A DNA stretch of 36,688 nucleotides, from contig KZ539013.1 in assembly GCA_000934665.2 (NCBI GenBank), positions 1 to 36,688 on the forward strand, written 5' to 3'. The notes beneath the pieces are model-generated. The model had not been told where the DNA came from and ran no database searches. It was given only the letters and a program-made list of their open reading frames with translations. How positions within the stretch are numbered: the first letter of the stretch is position 1; every line of letters begins with the position of its first letter. The translations under genes and the position numbers were made by a program. Below are positions 1 to 10,938 of this stretch, piece after piece. The stretch comes from Catajapyx aquilonaris. Lineage: Eukaryota.

Positions 1-502
1 GGCGAATATTGTTTTTGGTTAGTAAAAGTGGTCAAAACCCAATGAACATAATTACGTACATCAAAAGACGGAGGAAGACGAGGAGAATGCAACAATAAAA
101 TTAGCTTTACTCGAATATGTAACAAGAAAACCGTGTGTCATTCCATCGGTCACATATCTCATAATTTGGGCCCCCTAAAATTAGTGATGAATCTGCAAAA
201 CATCCCTCATATTTTACCTGGTTTCAAATTGAACATAACCTTAAACCTTAGAGCTTATGGTGGTCAAAACTCATGTCACGAAATATGACTGAAGTTACGC
301 AAACACATCGCTAATAATATTTTCGGAGTCCAAGTTCTTTGACATGTCACGGAGCATGTGATGAATATAGAACGAATGGCACACGTTTTTCTGCTTACAT
401 TTTTGAGGAGAATGTGTTAATTTCATAGTTCCATTTTTTAGTCTTTTTACTTCATTTGTTTACTGGGTTTTGACCAATTCCACTAACCGAAAATGTTCTT
501 CC
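1..502. mobile_element. Degenerate foldback / MITE-like element (may extend left of the window)
   Basis: About 1-140 is an imperfect reverse complement of ~372-502, with a perfect core tggtcaaaaccca (29-41) / tgggttttgacca (464-476) and a second block aaaaccgtgtgtcattcc / gaatggcacacgtttt. Confidence 0.6.
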
Positions 503-1507
503 AAAAAAGGCCTCAATTTAGCAATTTCCCAAATTCGCGAATTTATCCCCCCTCACGGTATTGAGCAATATGGATGAAACTTGATATTTAGCATTATGGA
601 ATGGTTGTGCACTTCTGTGTTTATTTCCACCAAAATCCGAGAGGGTCAAGCAATATTTCGTCCCACTTGATTCGGAATGACCCCAAGATTTTTTCGAGGA
701 CTTTGGTTCTTTGACAGCCACAATTAATGTTGAAGACAAAATTCAGACAGAGTGATAGGTCATTATGAGTTACCAGTGACCTAAGGAACATACAAATGGC
801 GATTAATTTCCAAGAACAAAAATGTTGATTTTTGTTACATATTGTAATTATTATAAATGCCTCCTGTCGGTCATTAAAACCCCTTATTAATTAAGATACT
901 ATGTGTGCAAGAGGAGCCATGACATTGCAATAGTAGGGGCTCGGTTCCCCAACACCCTATTTGTGTGCATTTATAGCCCTTTTCCTCTTTTCCACATCTC
1001 GACTGGTTGCATTTCCAGGGTGTGCATATTGTTCTGTGCTTGTGCAAGTGAAATCAGTTGGCTATACCTACTGGCGCATCTCATTGACTGACTTTGTACA
1101 TTTTATGTCGTTATAAGAAGGGGCCTCTAACATGATCCTGCCCCGGGCCTCAGACAAGCTCTGCAGGGCCCTGCCCCCCACACTCACCCGTTCCTCCGTG
1201 CATTCACAGATCTGTGATTCCATATACCCTGCGAGCAATCCGCAATCCCACCTTTGCATTCAATGGCTGGGAAATATGCATTTGCTCACCTCAACATACC
1301 CATACCTTTGCAATTTAAAAAAAAACCCTATTTATTATTGTATGAACAGAAATTCACAATCTCTACCGCCTCTACTCGCATGCACTCGCACACATGTATC
1401 TAAATCGTATGCACACTTTCCGACCACGTTTTTATATAACTTATAATATATTATAACTTCCCTTTATTATAAACAGCCCATGGAACTTGGCAGTGTCTGT
1501 ATTAGAT

Positions 1508-1570
1508 CAGTGGTTCCCAACCGGAGGGTCGCGAAGCCTTCTCCGTGGGGGTCGAGGGTGGCCGCGATTA
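1508..1570 (+). mobile_element. hAT (Charlie-like) DNA transposon left end, truncated
   Basis: CAGTGGTTCCCAACC followed by GGGTCGCG/GGGGGTCG subterminal motifs typical of hAT-Charlie ends. No matching right TIR found. Confidence 0.5.
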
Positions 1571-1708
1571 TTTCAATAGCTTAAAAAATGACTACAATTT
1601 AAAAAATTAGATGATCAAAAACTGGTTTCATTCTTCCCGCCCCTTTCTTTTGACGATCTCGGCCTATCCCCGGGTTCAGTGTTGAATATCGCGGCTAATC
1701 CTGCTTAC

Positions 1709-2060
1709 CAACTCTTCCCACTGGGGATGCCAGTACAACTTCCGTCAGATGTGAGAGGACCGTAACCTGACCGTAACTCATTATCCACTTCCCTTGCGGC
1801 GAGAAAGGAAAGCAAGTGTTACCGAAAGCATCCAAGAGGTGGCGTTGGGGGAAGGGGGAAAAAGGAACGGCACCCCAACTCCACCTGTTGGGTGCTTTTG
1901 GTACCACTGCTTTTTTTCTCGTTCCGTTTCCCCCTCCTCTCCCCCTCCCCTCCTGTTGTGAGGTCACCGTGAAGACGTGGGTGGAGGAAGGTGAAAGGGT
2001 AGAGGGGTCTTCACGGGAGAGGAGAATGATGTGTCCTCGTTGACGTCCAGCAAGCGACTG
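1709..2060 (-). other. Probable first exon of an unidentified minus-strand gene (structured 5' UTR, possible short coding start MSYGQVTVLSHLTEVVLASPVGRV)
   Basis: Begins immediately beside the promoter cluster and ends at a strong minus-strand donor TTG|gtaagc (plus ctgcttacca, 1701-1710). GC-rich, with several hairpins. The peptide is not recognised. Confidence 0.4.
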
Positions 2061-2235
2061 TGGCGTTCTTCCACCCATTGCGCATGCTCGGAACGGGGCC
2101 AATTGGAGGCGTCATGGTAACAATGCGTTTATGTAATAATGAACGGGGACCAATGGGAAGAGGTGGCGGCAACAATACGGGGGCGGACCAATCAGAGCGC
2201 TCGGCCGTGCAACGCAAGCATTTTAATATTATAGA
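2060..2235. promoter_or_regulatory. CCAAT/GC-box promoter cluster
   Basis: NRF1-like TGCGCATGCTC (2079-2089), CCAAT boxes at ~2099, ~2150 and ~2188, GC box GGGGCGG next to CCAATCAG, and X-box-like GGCGTCATGGTAAC (~2108-2121). Confidence 0.6.
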
Positions 2236-2629
2236 TGGACGCGTCTGCGGGGAAAGTCAGATGTGGGAAAGGTTCCCAACTTATGGCCTGATCCGGCCAA
2301 TATCTGTCCATTGCGTCAATCCTCCCAGGCAAGTGTCAGGAGCATGGTCAGGAGCCTGGCGTTGCGATGGTTCCTTGCTTCTAGCTCGGTCAGAAACGTG
2401 ATGTCATCTGCTGTGGTTGTGGAGCTTTCTTCGCGCTTCTTGGCCTCTGCAGGCCTCTGGCCGAGATCAAGGCGCCGAAGAACTTTATTAATTTATGTAT
2501 CAGTATCACTAGAATGCGAGTCGCAAGTTGAACTCTTGCAAAATGTATTCGTGTTCGTCCGCTTCGTCGTGCTGGCTTGCCTTTTCGTCACCCCCTGCCT
2601 CGGGATGGGGCCATGGGCATCCTCCTCCA

Positions 2630-2705
2630 ATTTGCCCCCGAAGGGGCAGAGGGCGGAGGGGGCCATGGGCACCCCCCTCCCTCCTCTGCCCCCTCGGGGG
2701 CAAAT
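2630..2705. repeat. GC-rich inverted repeat
   Basis: atttgcccccgaaggggcagag ... ctctgcccctcgggggcaaat: ~21-bp arms with one indel. Confidence 0.75.
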
Positions 2706-3186
2706 AATCAAATCAAAAGACAATAAGTGCTGCTGGCAGTGACGTACCCAGGGGCGGGGACCCCCCCCCCCCCCCCCCGGGACTCTGNCCCCCCCCCCCC
2801 CAAACCGGGACTCTGTGGATTTTTAAAGAAAATCATGTTTTCAAAGTTCCCATGATCTGGCACACGTCTCAACGTCTGTATCAGTTGAAATCCCCCATCT
2901 ATCTCGTGTCACTGCATGCCACTCACCCTTATGGCCTAGCAGCTGGACCAAATAACATTTGCAGGAGACATATTCTGGCTGGCTTCAGATGTGAACCGGC
3001 TGGCACTGATAGATGAAAATTGTCCAAATTGTTCGCATACCTTTACCTATACTTATTCATAACTAGATCCTTGTAACTGGCTCACTTAGATCTGAACTGT
3101 CAACTGACCTTGTATTTTGAGCAGGGTGAAGGGTTGAGTATCCAAAACCATTTGCTGGGGCTCCTCACTCTTCCAAAGTAAGTATT

Positions 3187-3857
3187 TTTTTACGTTACCC
3201 CGTGATAAGGCCGAGCCTTTTTAGGGGGGGTGGAATACCACCATTTCACTCCATTTTCCTATATTAACTTCATTCACCGGTGCAAGGAGTCAAGGATGTA
3301 GGGTATGGATTTTTTGTTTGTTTACCCCGTGATGACCTGTTGGGTCTATAGGGGGGTGGATTACCACCATTGGATTTATTTTTGGAGCGTGTTAAGATGG
3401 ATCTTATTAGTGTACTCCAGGGTTGGTAGGAGGGGATGTGCAAAGTGCATGTGCGCTGTCGTTAATTGGTCATTTTGTGAACTCCCCCGGGTGGCTTAGT
3501 CTATCGAAAATTGCCACCCGAAACGAAGCCAGAGATGGCCCAACTCTGCACGAAAGAGGGTGGGAACCCCGGGTGGGGATTGAACCCGGGACCTTAACTT
3601 CCGTGGGCGCGCGCGTTACCGCGGCGCCACTCCGTCTCCCCAATAGGGATAGGGATTTTTGGGGAGGGAACATTGGTGCAAGTGCAATGGCGGTAAAGGG
3701 GTCATGTGCTGTTCCCCAGGAGGGCCAGACACCTCCTTGGTGCAGGTCAGAGACCCTCCTGACGCAGGTGAAAGGAAAGTTCCCCAGGCGGGGATCGAAC
3801 CTGGGGCCTTTCACTCAGCAAGCCGAGACGTTACCCTCTCGGCCATCTACACCTCCC
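3187..3857 (-). mobile_element. Composite (nested/dimeric) tRNA-derived SINE with 14-bp TSD
   Basis: Perfect direct repeat ccaaagtaagtatt at 3173-3186 and 3858-3871. Two Pol III heads on the minus strand: A box TGGCCGAGAGGG (3834-3845) with B box GGTTCGATCCC (3791-3801), and A box TGGCGCCGCGG (3619-3629) with B box GGTTCAATCCC (3576-3586). Two related 3' tails end in ATCACGGGGTAA plus an A-rich run. Confidence 0.85.
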
Positions 3858-3900
3858 CCAAAGTAAGTATTACTAACTTACATAATTATAATTATCAAAT

Positions 3901-4037
3901 CAGTGAAACCTGTCCATAACAGAACATTTACGGAAAGTTGTCCAGTGGAGAATTGTTTTTGGGAACGGGCATAGGACATGCAATGTATTTTTTGATGGAT
4001 ATAGCGAAAACCTGTCCATTATGCCCCCCCCCCCCCC
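3901..4037 (+). mobile_element. Possible pogo/Tigger-like MITE left end running into a gap
   Basis: Starts CAGTGAAACCTGTCCAT, with an internal re-iteration aaacctgtccat near 4008-4019. The preceding dinucleotide is AT rather than TA. Confidence 0.3.
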
Positions 4038-4151
4038 NNNNNNNNNNNNNNNNNNNNNNNNNNNNNNNNNNNNNNNNNNNNNNNNNNNNNNNNNNNNNNN
4101 NNNNNNNNNNNNNNNNNNNNNNNNNNNNNNNNNNNNNNNNNNNNNNNNNNN
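4038..4151. other. Assembly gap (114 N)
   Basis: N run flanked by poly-C on both sides. Confidence 1.
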
Positions 4152-4722
4152 CCCCCCCCCCCAGAAAAAATTCCTGGGCATATTACCAAATAGGCCGAGT
4201 AGGCATGTGCCTAGGGCGGCAAATTTTAGGGGGCGCCAAATGTCATGGAGGCGGAAAATTTTATTGAGGAGTAAATATATTGTGCGTGCGAAAATATATC
4301 GTACATGGCGACACCTCTCATGTGCCGCAGCCCCAAGATGAATCGCCCGATGCCCGATACCAGTAAGGGCGAAAGTCGCGTGCACCCTTCCCCTCTAGGA
4401 CAGTGGGGATCTGTGCAGGATCTACACGCGACTTTCGCCCTTACTGGTCTGGGCATTGGCCGATTCACCTTGGAGCGGCATAAAAGTGTAAACCCCAAGG
4501 TGAAATTCACTGGATTTTTCAAAGTACACTAGTACGAGTATATCCATGACCAAAATTTCAGATTTTTTTGAAATAATAATTTTCGAGATATTTGGCCTTG
4601 AAATCCGCAAATTTCGGAATTTCCCCAATCATTGGACCTAAAAATCAGCCAGGAGTGGGGGAGGGGGCGGCAGATAAGGCTATGTCTAGGGGCGGCAAAA
4701 ACCTAAATACTGTGCGTCACTG
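4152..4722. mobile_element. Non-autonomous DNA element(s) with internal foldback
   Basis: Near-perfect inverted arms at 4323-4382 and 4425-4480 (accagtaagggcgaaagtcgcgtg / cacgcgactttcgcccttactggt). Repeated ctaggg(g)cggcaaa at ~4211 and ~4686. hAT-like end tgcgtcactg at 4713-4722. Confidence 0.6.
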
Positions 4723-6994
4723 GTATAGTAGCCTACTCGCCTACATGAACGTTGGTGATGAGTCACCGCGCGGACAAAACCCACCAGGGTACTATAACCA
4801 GCATGTGTCTTGGACTTAGCATATTTCTCCTGCCCACGATATGCACTTGTCGACTTGTGGCCCTGCTCATTGCTTCCAACTTGCTTCTCGACTGGTAAAC
4901 TGGAGTAAACAAGCCACAACTTCCCTGATTTTATACTGGGAACATGGCTAATGCACCACCTTCCATTGATAGAGCACTGAAATGGAAAAGTGAAAATAAC
5001 ATTTGGCAGATGTGGCCTGTGCATTGGTTGTATGAATATGTAAAGAGCCTAGTGCATGTGGGCAGCAGAGAAGGCAAGCTTGGGATAGTGTACTTGCAGG
5101 TTGAGGCTCGATCGTGCCACACAACATGAAGTGGGACTAGTTGCTGCACGTTTCTTGGATCTGCTGCAGGTCAGTATTATACAGCCTCTCACTATCACAT
5201 TCTTGCTCCTTCCTCATTTCCATACTCAACTCCTGTCATATGGGACTGTATTGGCATGATGTTATATAACAAATTAACAATGGGGTAACTAATATTCCTT
5301 AAGAAAATTTTGACAAATAGTACAAGTTCGTTTTTAAAAAATGCGAGTGGCCAAATGCTGGATATTTAAATTACCGGTATTGTAATTTGTATGACGCAGA
5401 GTATACGCCCAACAGTAGTTGCTCATATCCTGCAGTGAATTCATCCACTTGACATTATGCAAAAGTAGCATGTAACCACAAGTCCACAAAGTTTGGGCAA
5501 AAACTGCTAAAATGGAAGTGCAGATTTTAGGAAGAATATGATAAATAGAGAGGCCAAAATTGTTGACTTTCTTGGTCATGATCGTGAGAGGAATCCAGTT
5601 TGGGCGGTGTGTGGGTTTCATAAGGTAGGCAGATTGGTATGCATCGGAGCTATGCGTGGGTCGAGACACTATGTGCTTCGTATAAGAAAGTGTTCAGCGT
5701 CGACTTTTTAACTATGGAGCTGATACCGAGCTGCCAGACTCGGTGATTGGTGTCCATGTTGCTACGTAGTAAGGTCACTCATGGTCTGCGGGAGGTCAGT
5801 CTAGAGACGAAGGTCGTTGCTCTTTTTTTACTATACATTTTTTATATTCATATTTGAAAAGCGGTGAAGTGTGAGGATGTCTATAAGTGGGCTATGAATG
5901 AATCTTTTTAAGTGCCACACATTAGGGCGTGGTTGTGTGATGACATTATGCGAATAAGGGCAGTGGGGGGATGAGTAGCTCTAGATGCAGATTCAGATCA
6001 CGTGTAAGGGCAATTCCACCAACCTGTTGTTGGCAACTGAGACATGAGATCTGATCCCTCCTAAGATGAGTTGGGGTGACTCAACCTACACAAGCCTGCA
6101 TCCTTCATCCATATGGGGGACTTTTTTTTAAACTTTTTGTTCCGGCCGACTTCGGCAGTGTAACTCAATCTATTGCCATTCCAGACACTCGTTTTTCAAC
6201 TAGTAACCCGGTGTCATGTAACCTGGAACAGCATCGATCAGCCTACAATTTATAAGCCTTCTCCTTTTTTTCAGCAGGCAAAATATTTTTCAACTTTTCT
6301 GCAATAACAGACCCACATGTCTACAGCTGATATACTTGAGTATTATGCGACTGGTCTGTACACAAACCAGGGTCAAATGTAGCTTCCGTGCTGTTACCAC
6401 ACGGGTACCCATATAATCATCCTGATGCAGCCTGTTTGTGACAGACGTGATGAATTCACAGCTGCTTCACACACCCTGTATCTATAAAGAAGACGAGCCT
6501 GTATGACGGGCCAGCATTAGCAGACCAGATTTGGCCAAAGAGAGGCATGATGATGAAGTCTGGAGCCCAGTGCACTTTGGAATCTTTCATGGATATGTAT
6601 CACAAGTGGAAGGGTTTGGTAAGTACCGGCTTCCTATGTTTTTCCCCCTGCACTTCTTTGTGTGTTACAAAGCGGCTGTTATATCAACATGAATCGTATC
6701 TTATCGGCTAGTTGGAATCCCGAGGCGACATGATTACGTGAAGGCTATCAGCAGATGGCTCCTGGCAGACCATAATAAGCTAGTAGTGTGAACTTGATCG
6801 ATATTCACACCCAGCTTGAATTATATTAGCTTCATGCATATTAGATGAAATATACGATATTAAAATATCAGTACAAGATTTCTTAGAGTGATGACCATTA
6901 CGTGAACAGAACCGAATATTCACAGATACAATACTTGTTTCAAGTGTCATGGTGCAAGCCACACTTTCCGGAAGGTTTTTGCACGTTCAGATAC

Positions 6995-7601
6995 TAGTAT
7001 TGCAAGAGGCCGGAATTTTTGACCGCTTTTTATGAGGAAAAATTGATTTTTCCTGCAAACTGTCGAACTTTTACAGAAACACTATTTGGCTTTTTATGCC
7101 CGTTACAAAGCTACTGACTTCGTCTGTTTAAGTAACTTCAAATCTTATTACCGTTGTAAACCAAAAAATGTATATAGGAAATGAGCTTGTCACTCTCGGT
7201 GCGGCTGCTTTTCTGGAAACCCCTGAAGTTCTGCTGGGGTTTCCTCTCTGATTGGGTCAGTGACCAAGCACTGTAATAGTTAGGCAAATAGTGCACTGTT
7301 TTTTAAAATTAAACATAACAGTTAAAAGCTACCACTTCAGAGTACAAAACCGGTTAATTTATTTGATATGTAACACACGAATTATGGGTTCCAATTAAAT
7401 GTTACTAATGAGTGACTTTTTGTCATTCATGGTTACCAAACTTGTTAACAAATAATATGTAGGCTACTCGCCAATAGAAAAGAAGTGCAGATTTTCTACG
7501 AAAGTCAAAATCCAATTTTTCCATGACCTCGGGAAACAACAGATAAAGTCCAAGTTTTCCCCCATTTCAAAAATCCGGTTTTTTCCAGGTCTTTACAATA
7601 C
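6995..7601. mobile_element. Old hAT-like MITE
   Basis: Degenerate TIRs tagtattgcaagaggccggaa / ttccaggtctttacaatac, with decayed TSD-like flanks cagatac (6988-6994) and cagatgc (7602-7608). Confidence 0.45.
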
Positions 7602-9289
7602 CAGATGCAACATCAATCAGGTTGCCCCTTTGCCGCAACACTTCCTGAACTGAACAAGTTCATGGCATAACAAAAACCTCAACCACAATAAAGAGGCCAA
7701 AAAACTGCAATTCTCGCAAGAAGCGGCACGGCCGCGGCCTTCAGATATGCATTTAACAGTTACTTGTTAGTCCCTGGTCGTAGGATTGCCTAGAAACGGT
7801 TTCTAACTCTTCCAGTTTAGCCATAGTATGCTTCTAGACACTTGACATAGCATGTTTTAATAATTTTGCAATTTTAATGAATGCTCATGTAAAACTTGTA
7901 TTAATTTATTTATGGTAGGATAAATAATGATGACATGTAACACAGTGGTTCTCATATTTATTGTAAAAAAAACGGGAGAAGACTGGGGCCATAACATGAT
8001 CCTGGGTGAGTCACTGGGTATGTCTTCCATCTGCCTAATGCTGAAGTCTATAGTGACACTTCGCACATGTTAGCATATACCGTATACCCTGTAAAATAAT
8101 TTAAAATGGACATGAGTGGCCGATAAGGAACGCCCAAAGGCAAGCTACTTTTTATCCACCTTGTACTGTACAAGACATAACGGGCCGTGACTCTAACATG
8201 TTTACCTTGCCGAATAAAGTTGGCAAGTCTTTGAAATGACGAGTTACTTGGAAGGAGGGGACAGATTTCCAGCATCTCTGATCAATATTCGGTTTGATGT
8301 GAGTGACATTCTGCTGCAGGAAGCAATCCCTAGAGTGGATGTGAATGGCGCAGCTCGTTCTTATGTAGATTTCAAGCTTTCGGTTTTATCATACAATATT
8401 TTCGTAGGATTTCGCTTCCAATATGGATGAGATCAGAGTGCCAAAACATATATCCTGCCAGGTTATTTAGTCAGGATCAGTTGTTCTGTGACTAAAGCAG
8501 GCGTCTTGAGTACGCTATTACTATAGTAATCAGCACAATAACCTATTCCAATTTTGTTCTTGACTACATCACATATTCTACAGGAAGCTTATTGCACTGA
8601 ATTCTGAGTAGATATTGCCAATTCTTTTTCTTGGGAAGCAATCACATCAGTAGTGATAACCAGCACACAAAGGTTAAGTCTACATGCCAATCTGATGTAT
8701 TTGTAATTGCGTCATCCTTTTTTCGTTTGCTGGATAGTTGATACAGCAAAGATATTTATTTATTTATGACTACGCGATTGGAAATCATGTCGATAAACTC
8801 TGCCCGTGCGTAGAACCACTTTTTGTTTGTTGTCAGTGCCGAGTGATTCACTTGGAAGATATTCCATTTTCCAAGCGGAAATACTGATCGCAAAGGGCTG
8901 ATTTTTATGACTGCATAAGAACAGGACGTAATAGCAATTTCATGATGAACATCTACTCCAGACTAACAGTTGGGAACGCGTAAATCTGGATTACCCCACA
9001 ACTCTCCTCCTTTGGAAATCTTTTCTGTCGCCGCCGGGTCATAAAAACGGAGTACCTTCCCCATAAACATGAAGGAAACCCGAGGAAACGACTCACCAAG
9101 GAATGTACTTCATTTGAAAAGGGGGTTCAGAGTTCAATAATAATGATTTCTTTAATGGTTACCGCATATCCAAGAATTTTGCAATCTCGCTCCTCAATGG
9201 CCATACCAGTGTGCGTCGCAAACTACCCAACAATACTATTGTTGTAGATGATCTTGCTTAATTCGCTGATCAAATCCAATCGATTTCCC

Positions 9290-9570
9290 ATAGCGCATGC
9301 GTACTAAAATGTCAAGAGCGGGCCTGCATAATGAATCCGGTCCGTATCCATCTCCATTGTTCTTTAGCACGACTCTATTGTTGTCGACTTTTGCCTGCAT
9401 CTATATGATACTGTCTTTGGCCTGCATATCAAGTCCGAACCAAACATCCCGCTGTTGAGTGGACTCAACATGTCCGTCACAATCAGCGCATGCGCTACCA
9501 AAGCCCCACCACCATACCGGCGGTCCATTCGTTGCCTGAGCTGAGCTCAGTGACTCAGTGCGAGCGTTAG
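9290..9570. promoter_or_regulatory. Putative (possibly bidirectional) promoter of the Cas gene
   Basis: NRF1-type palindromes GCGCATGCGT (9293-9302) and GCGCATGCGC (9486-9495), AP-1 site TGACTCA (9551-9557), overlapping TCAGT initiator-like motifs, CpG-containing; directly upstream of the MNCSQ exon. Confidence 0.55.
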
Positions 9571-9712
9571 CGGTAGGGTGTACGCTGTAAGGTCTCCATA
9601 CCCACTATTTTGCCGCCGTGGGTTTGGATTTCGGTCAATTTCTGGGGAAGAAGCGGCGATGTCCTGTTGACCCTGGTCGTGGTCACCCTGTGCTGACTAC
9701 AAGCGGCCCAAG

Positions 9713-9727
9713 ATGAACTGCAGTCAG
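9713..9727 (+). CDS. BCAR1: Probable first coding micro-exon of the Cas gene (MNCSQ)
   Basis: aagATG AAC TGC AGT CAG|gtagga. The phase-0 donor is compatible with the 30144 exon and gives MNCSQ-NCVARALYDN, paralleling BCAR1 MNHL-NVLAKALYDN. It lies ~160 bp downstream of a promoter-like region and implies a ~20.4 kb intron (9728-30143). Confidence 0.65.
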
Positions 9728-10938
9728 GTAGGATATATGGGCCACCGCACATTTTCTTAAGTGGAACACCTGCGAGTATACTCACGTAATCGGGAGGTTA
9801 TAGGTGTGACGTACATGTATTGTGTCGTACGACCATGAAATAGGTTCTATATATTCATAGATTGCGATTTAGTGCGCCACATGTGCAAATTTAAATGGAA
9901 CTGATCTTTCCATTTTTGAGCCGGATTTCCTTAGAGAAAACCAGATGGATGCTCACCTGTCGACTGGAATGTGACTCACCTGTATGGACTTTTATGTTGG
10001 CGGGCTGGGAGGTATACAGGGGCGGGGGAGGTGGTGGGGAAGGGGGGGGGGGTGCAGACATTGAACCCTTGTCAGGACTGGGCCAAGTGCAAGAGGTATT
10101 GGGAGGGGACCAATGTTGGGCAAAAATGATTGTGATTGTTAGATTCCCACTACCTTCCCATATGAAAGACGTCCTTGGATCCAAGGCTTTTTTTTTCTTC
10201 TTTCGTTTCGTTCACGAAAGGAAATTCCACACCTCAAAACCTATTCAAACTTGTACAAAAGGCGGAGGGATTTTCCTTGAGGATGTTGGATTAGGAAAGT
10301 AAAATGGCGCACTTTTTTGTTAAACCTACGGGGAAGGTGCTTGTTCAATGGAGCCCTCTAGAATGCAGTGTAAACAACAAATTGAAAGTGAAAACATGTA
10401 CCTAACACACCGAACTGTTACATAACTACCCGAATGTTATAATTGTTCGGCACCGGACAAAATTGTCGCGTTTCTAATATCAGGAGTTTCCCCCTTTTGG
10501 GACATCCGATATGCGGGCCATGAATGTAACAATGACACCGCACACACCGGAGGCGATATGAACAAACGGTACAGCCAGCTACATGTACCGGTAGTGTGAC
10601 CGGGGTGGGGTGTCTCGTCACTTATTGAAAGCGAGGGTGCAGGGGAGGTGCCGCCTGCAGTAGGGGCAACGAACCCTGGTAGTAAGAGTAGAAAGCAGCG
10701 CCGTCGCCGTCGGGTCCACATCGATTTCTGTCGGGGGAAGCAGGCAACAAAACCACGGCTGCTGCCCCGTCGAGCTGGCACATATATGCTGGCTTTGGGA
10801 TGGGGAGCCTGTGAGAGAAAGAGGCTCATCTGGCAACCCCTACCTACCAGCGATCAATTCCGCCAACAGAAGCAGGGTCTGCAGCTTGATTGATCGCCTT
10901 GTCCCACAGTCACAATCGGATACAGGTCCGGTACCCAT

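Larger units (their letters stand above)
2881..6790 (+). pseudogene. Decayed, intron-containing CxC3/KDZ (Zisupton-like) transposase relic
   Basis: Frameshifted fragments in the expected order: SVEIPHLS..TACH..W/AGPNNI/FWLAS (2881-2987) and GLSIQNHLLGL (3131-3163), CxC3-like; GLSI..CP (4812-4836); YTG (4932-4940); DVAC (5009-5020); GIFHGY-x-HKWK|gtaagt (6579-6624); (K)RL..NMN (6670-6694); YRLVGIPRRHD (6702-6734). Donors at 3178, 5170 and 6619. Matched to recalled motifs only. Confidence 0.5.

Noticed and set aside
1709..1782. Assigning the minus-strand first exon to a vertebrate Cas neighbour such as TMEM170 or CFDP1
   Set aside because: This rests only on synteny speculation; the 24-aa peptide shows no convincing similarity.
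2737..4722. Single hAT element bounded by CAGTGACGTA and TGCGTCACTG
   Set aside because: The flanking 8-mers (gctgctgg vs gtatagta) do not match and a gap intervenes. These are likely ends of separate insertions.
6370..6500. Resemblance to M16 peptidase PITRM1 (YPYNHPDAACL / VMNSQLLHT)
   Set aside because: The spacing is wrong, stops intervene and no further motifs follow; probably chance.
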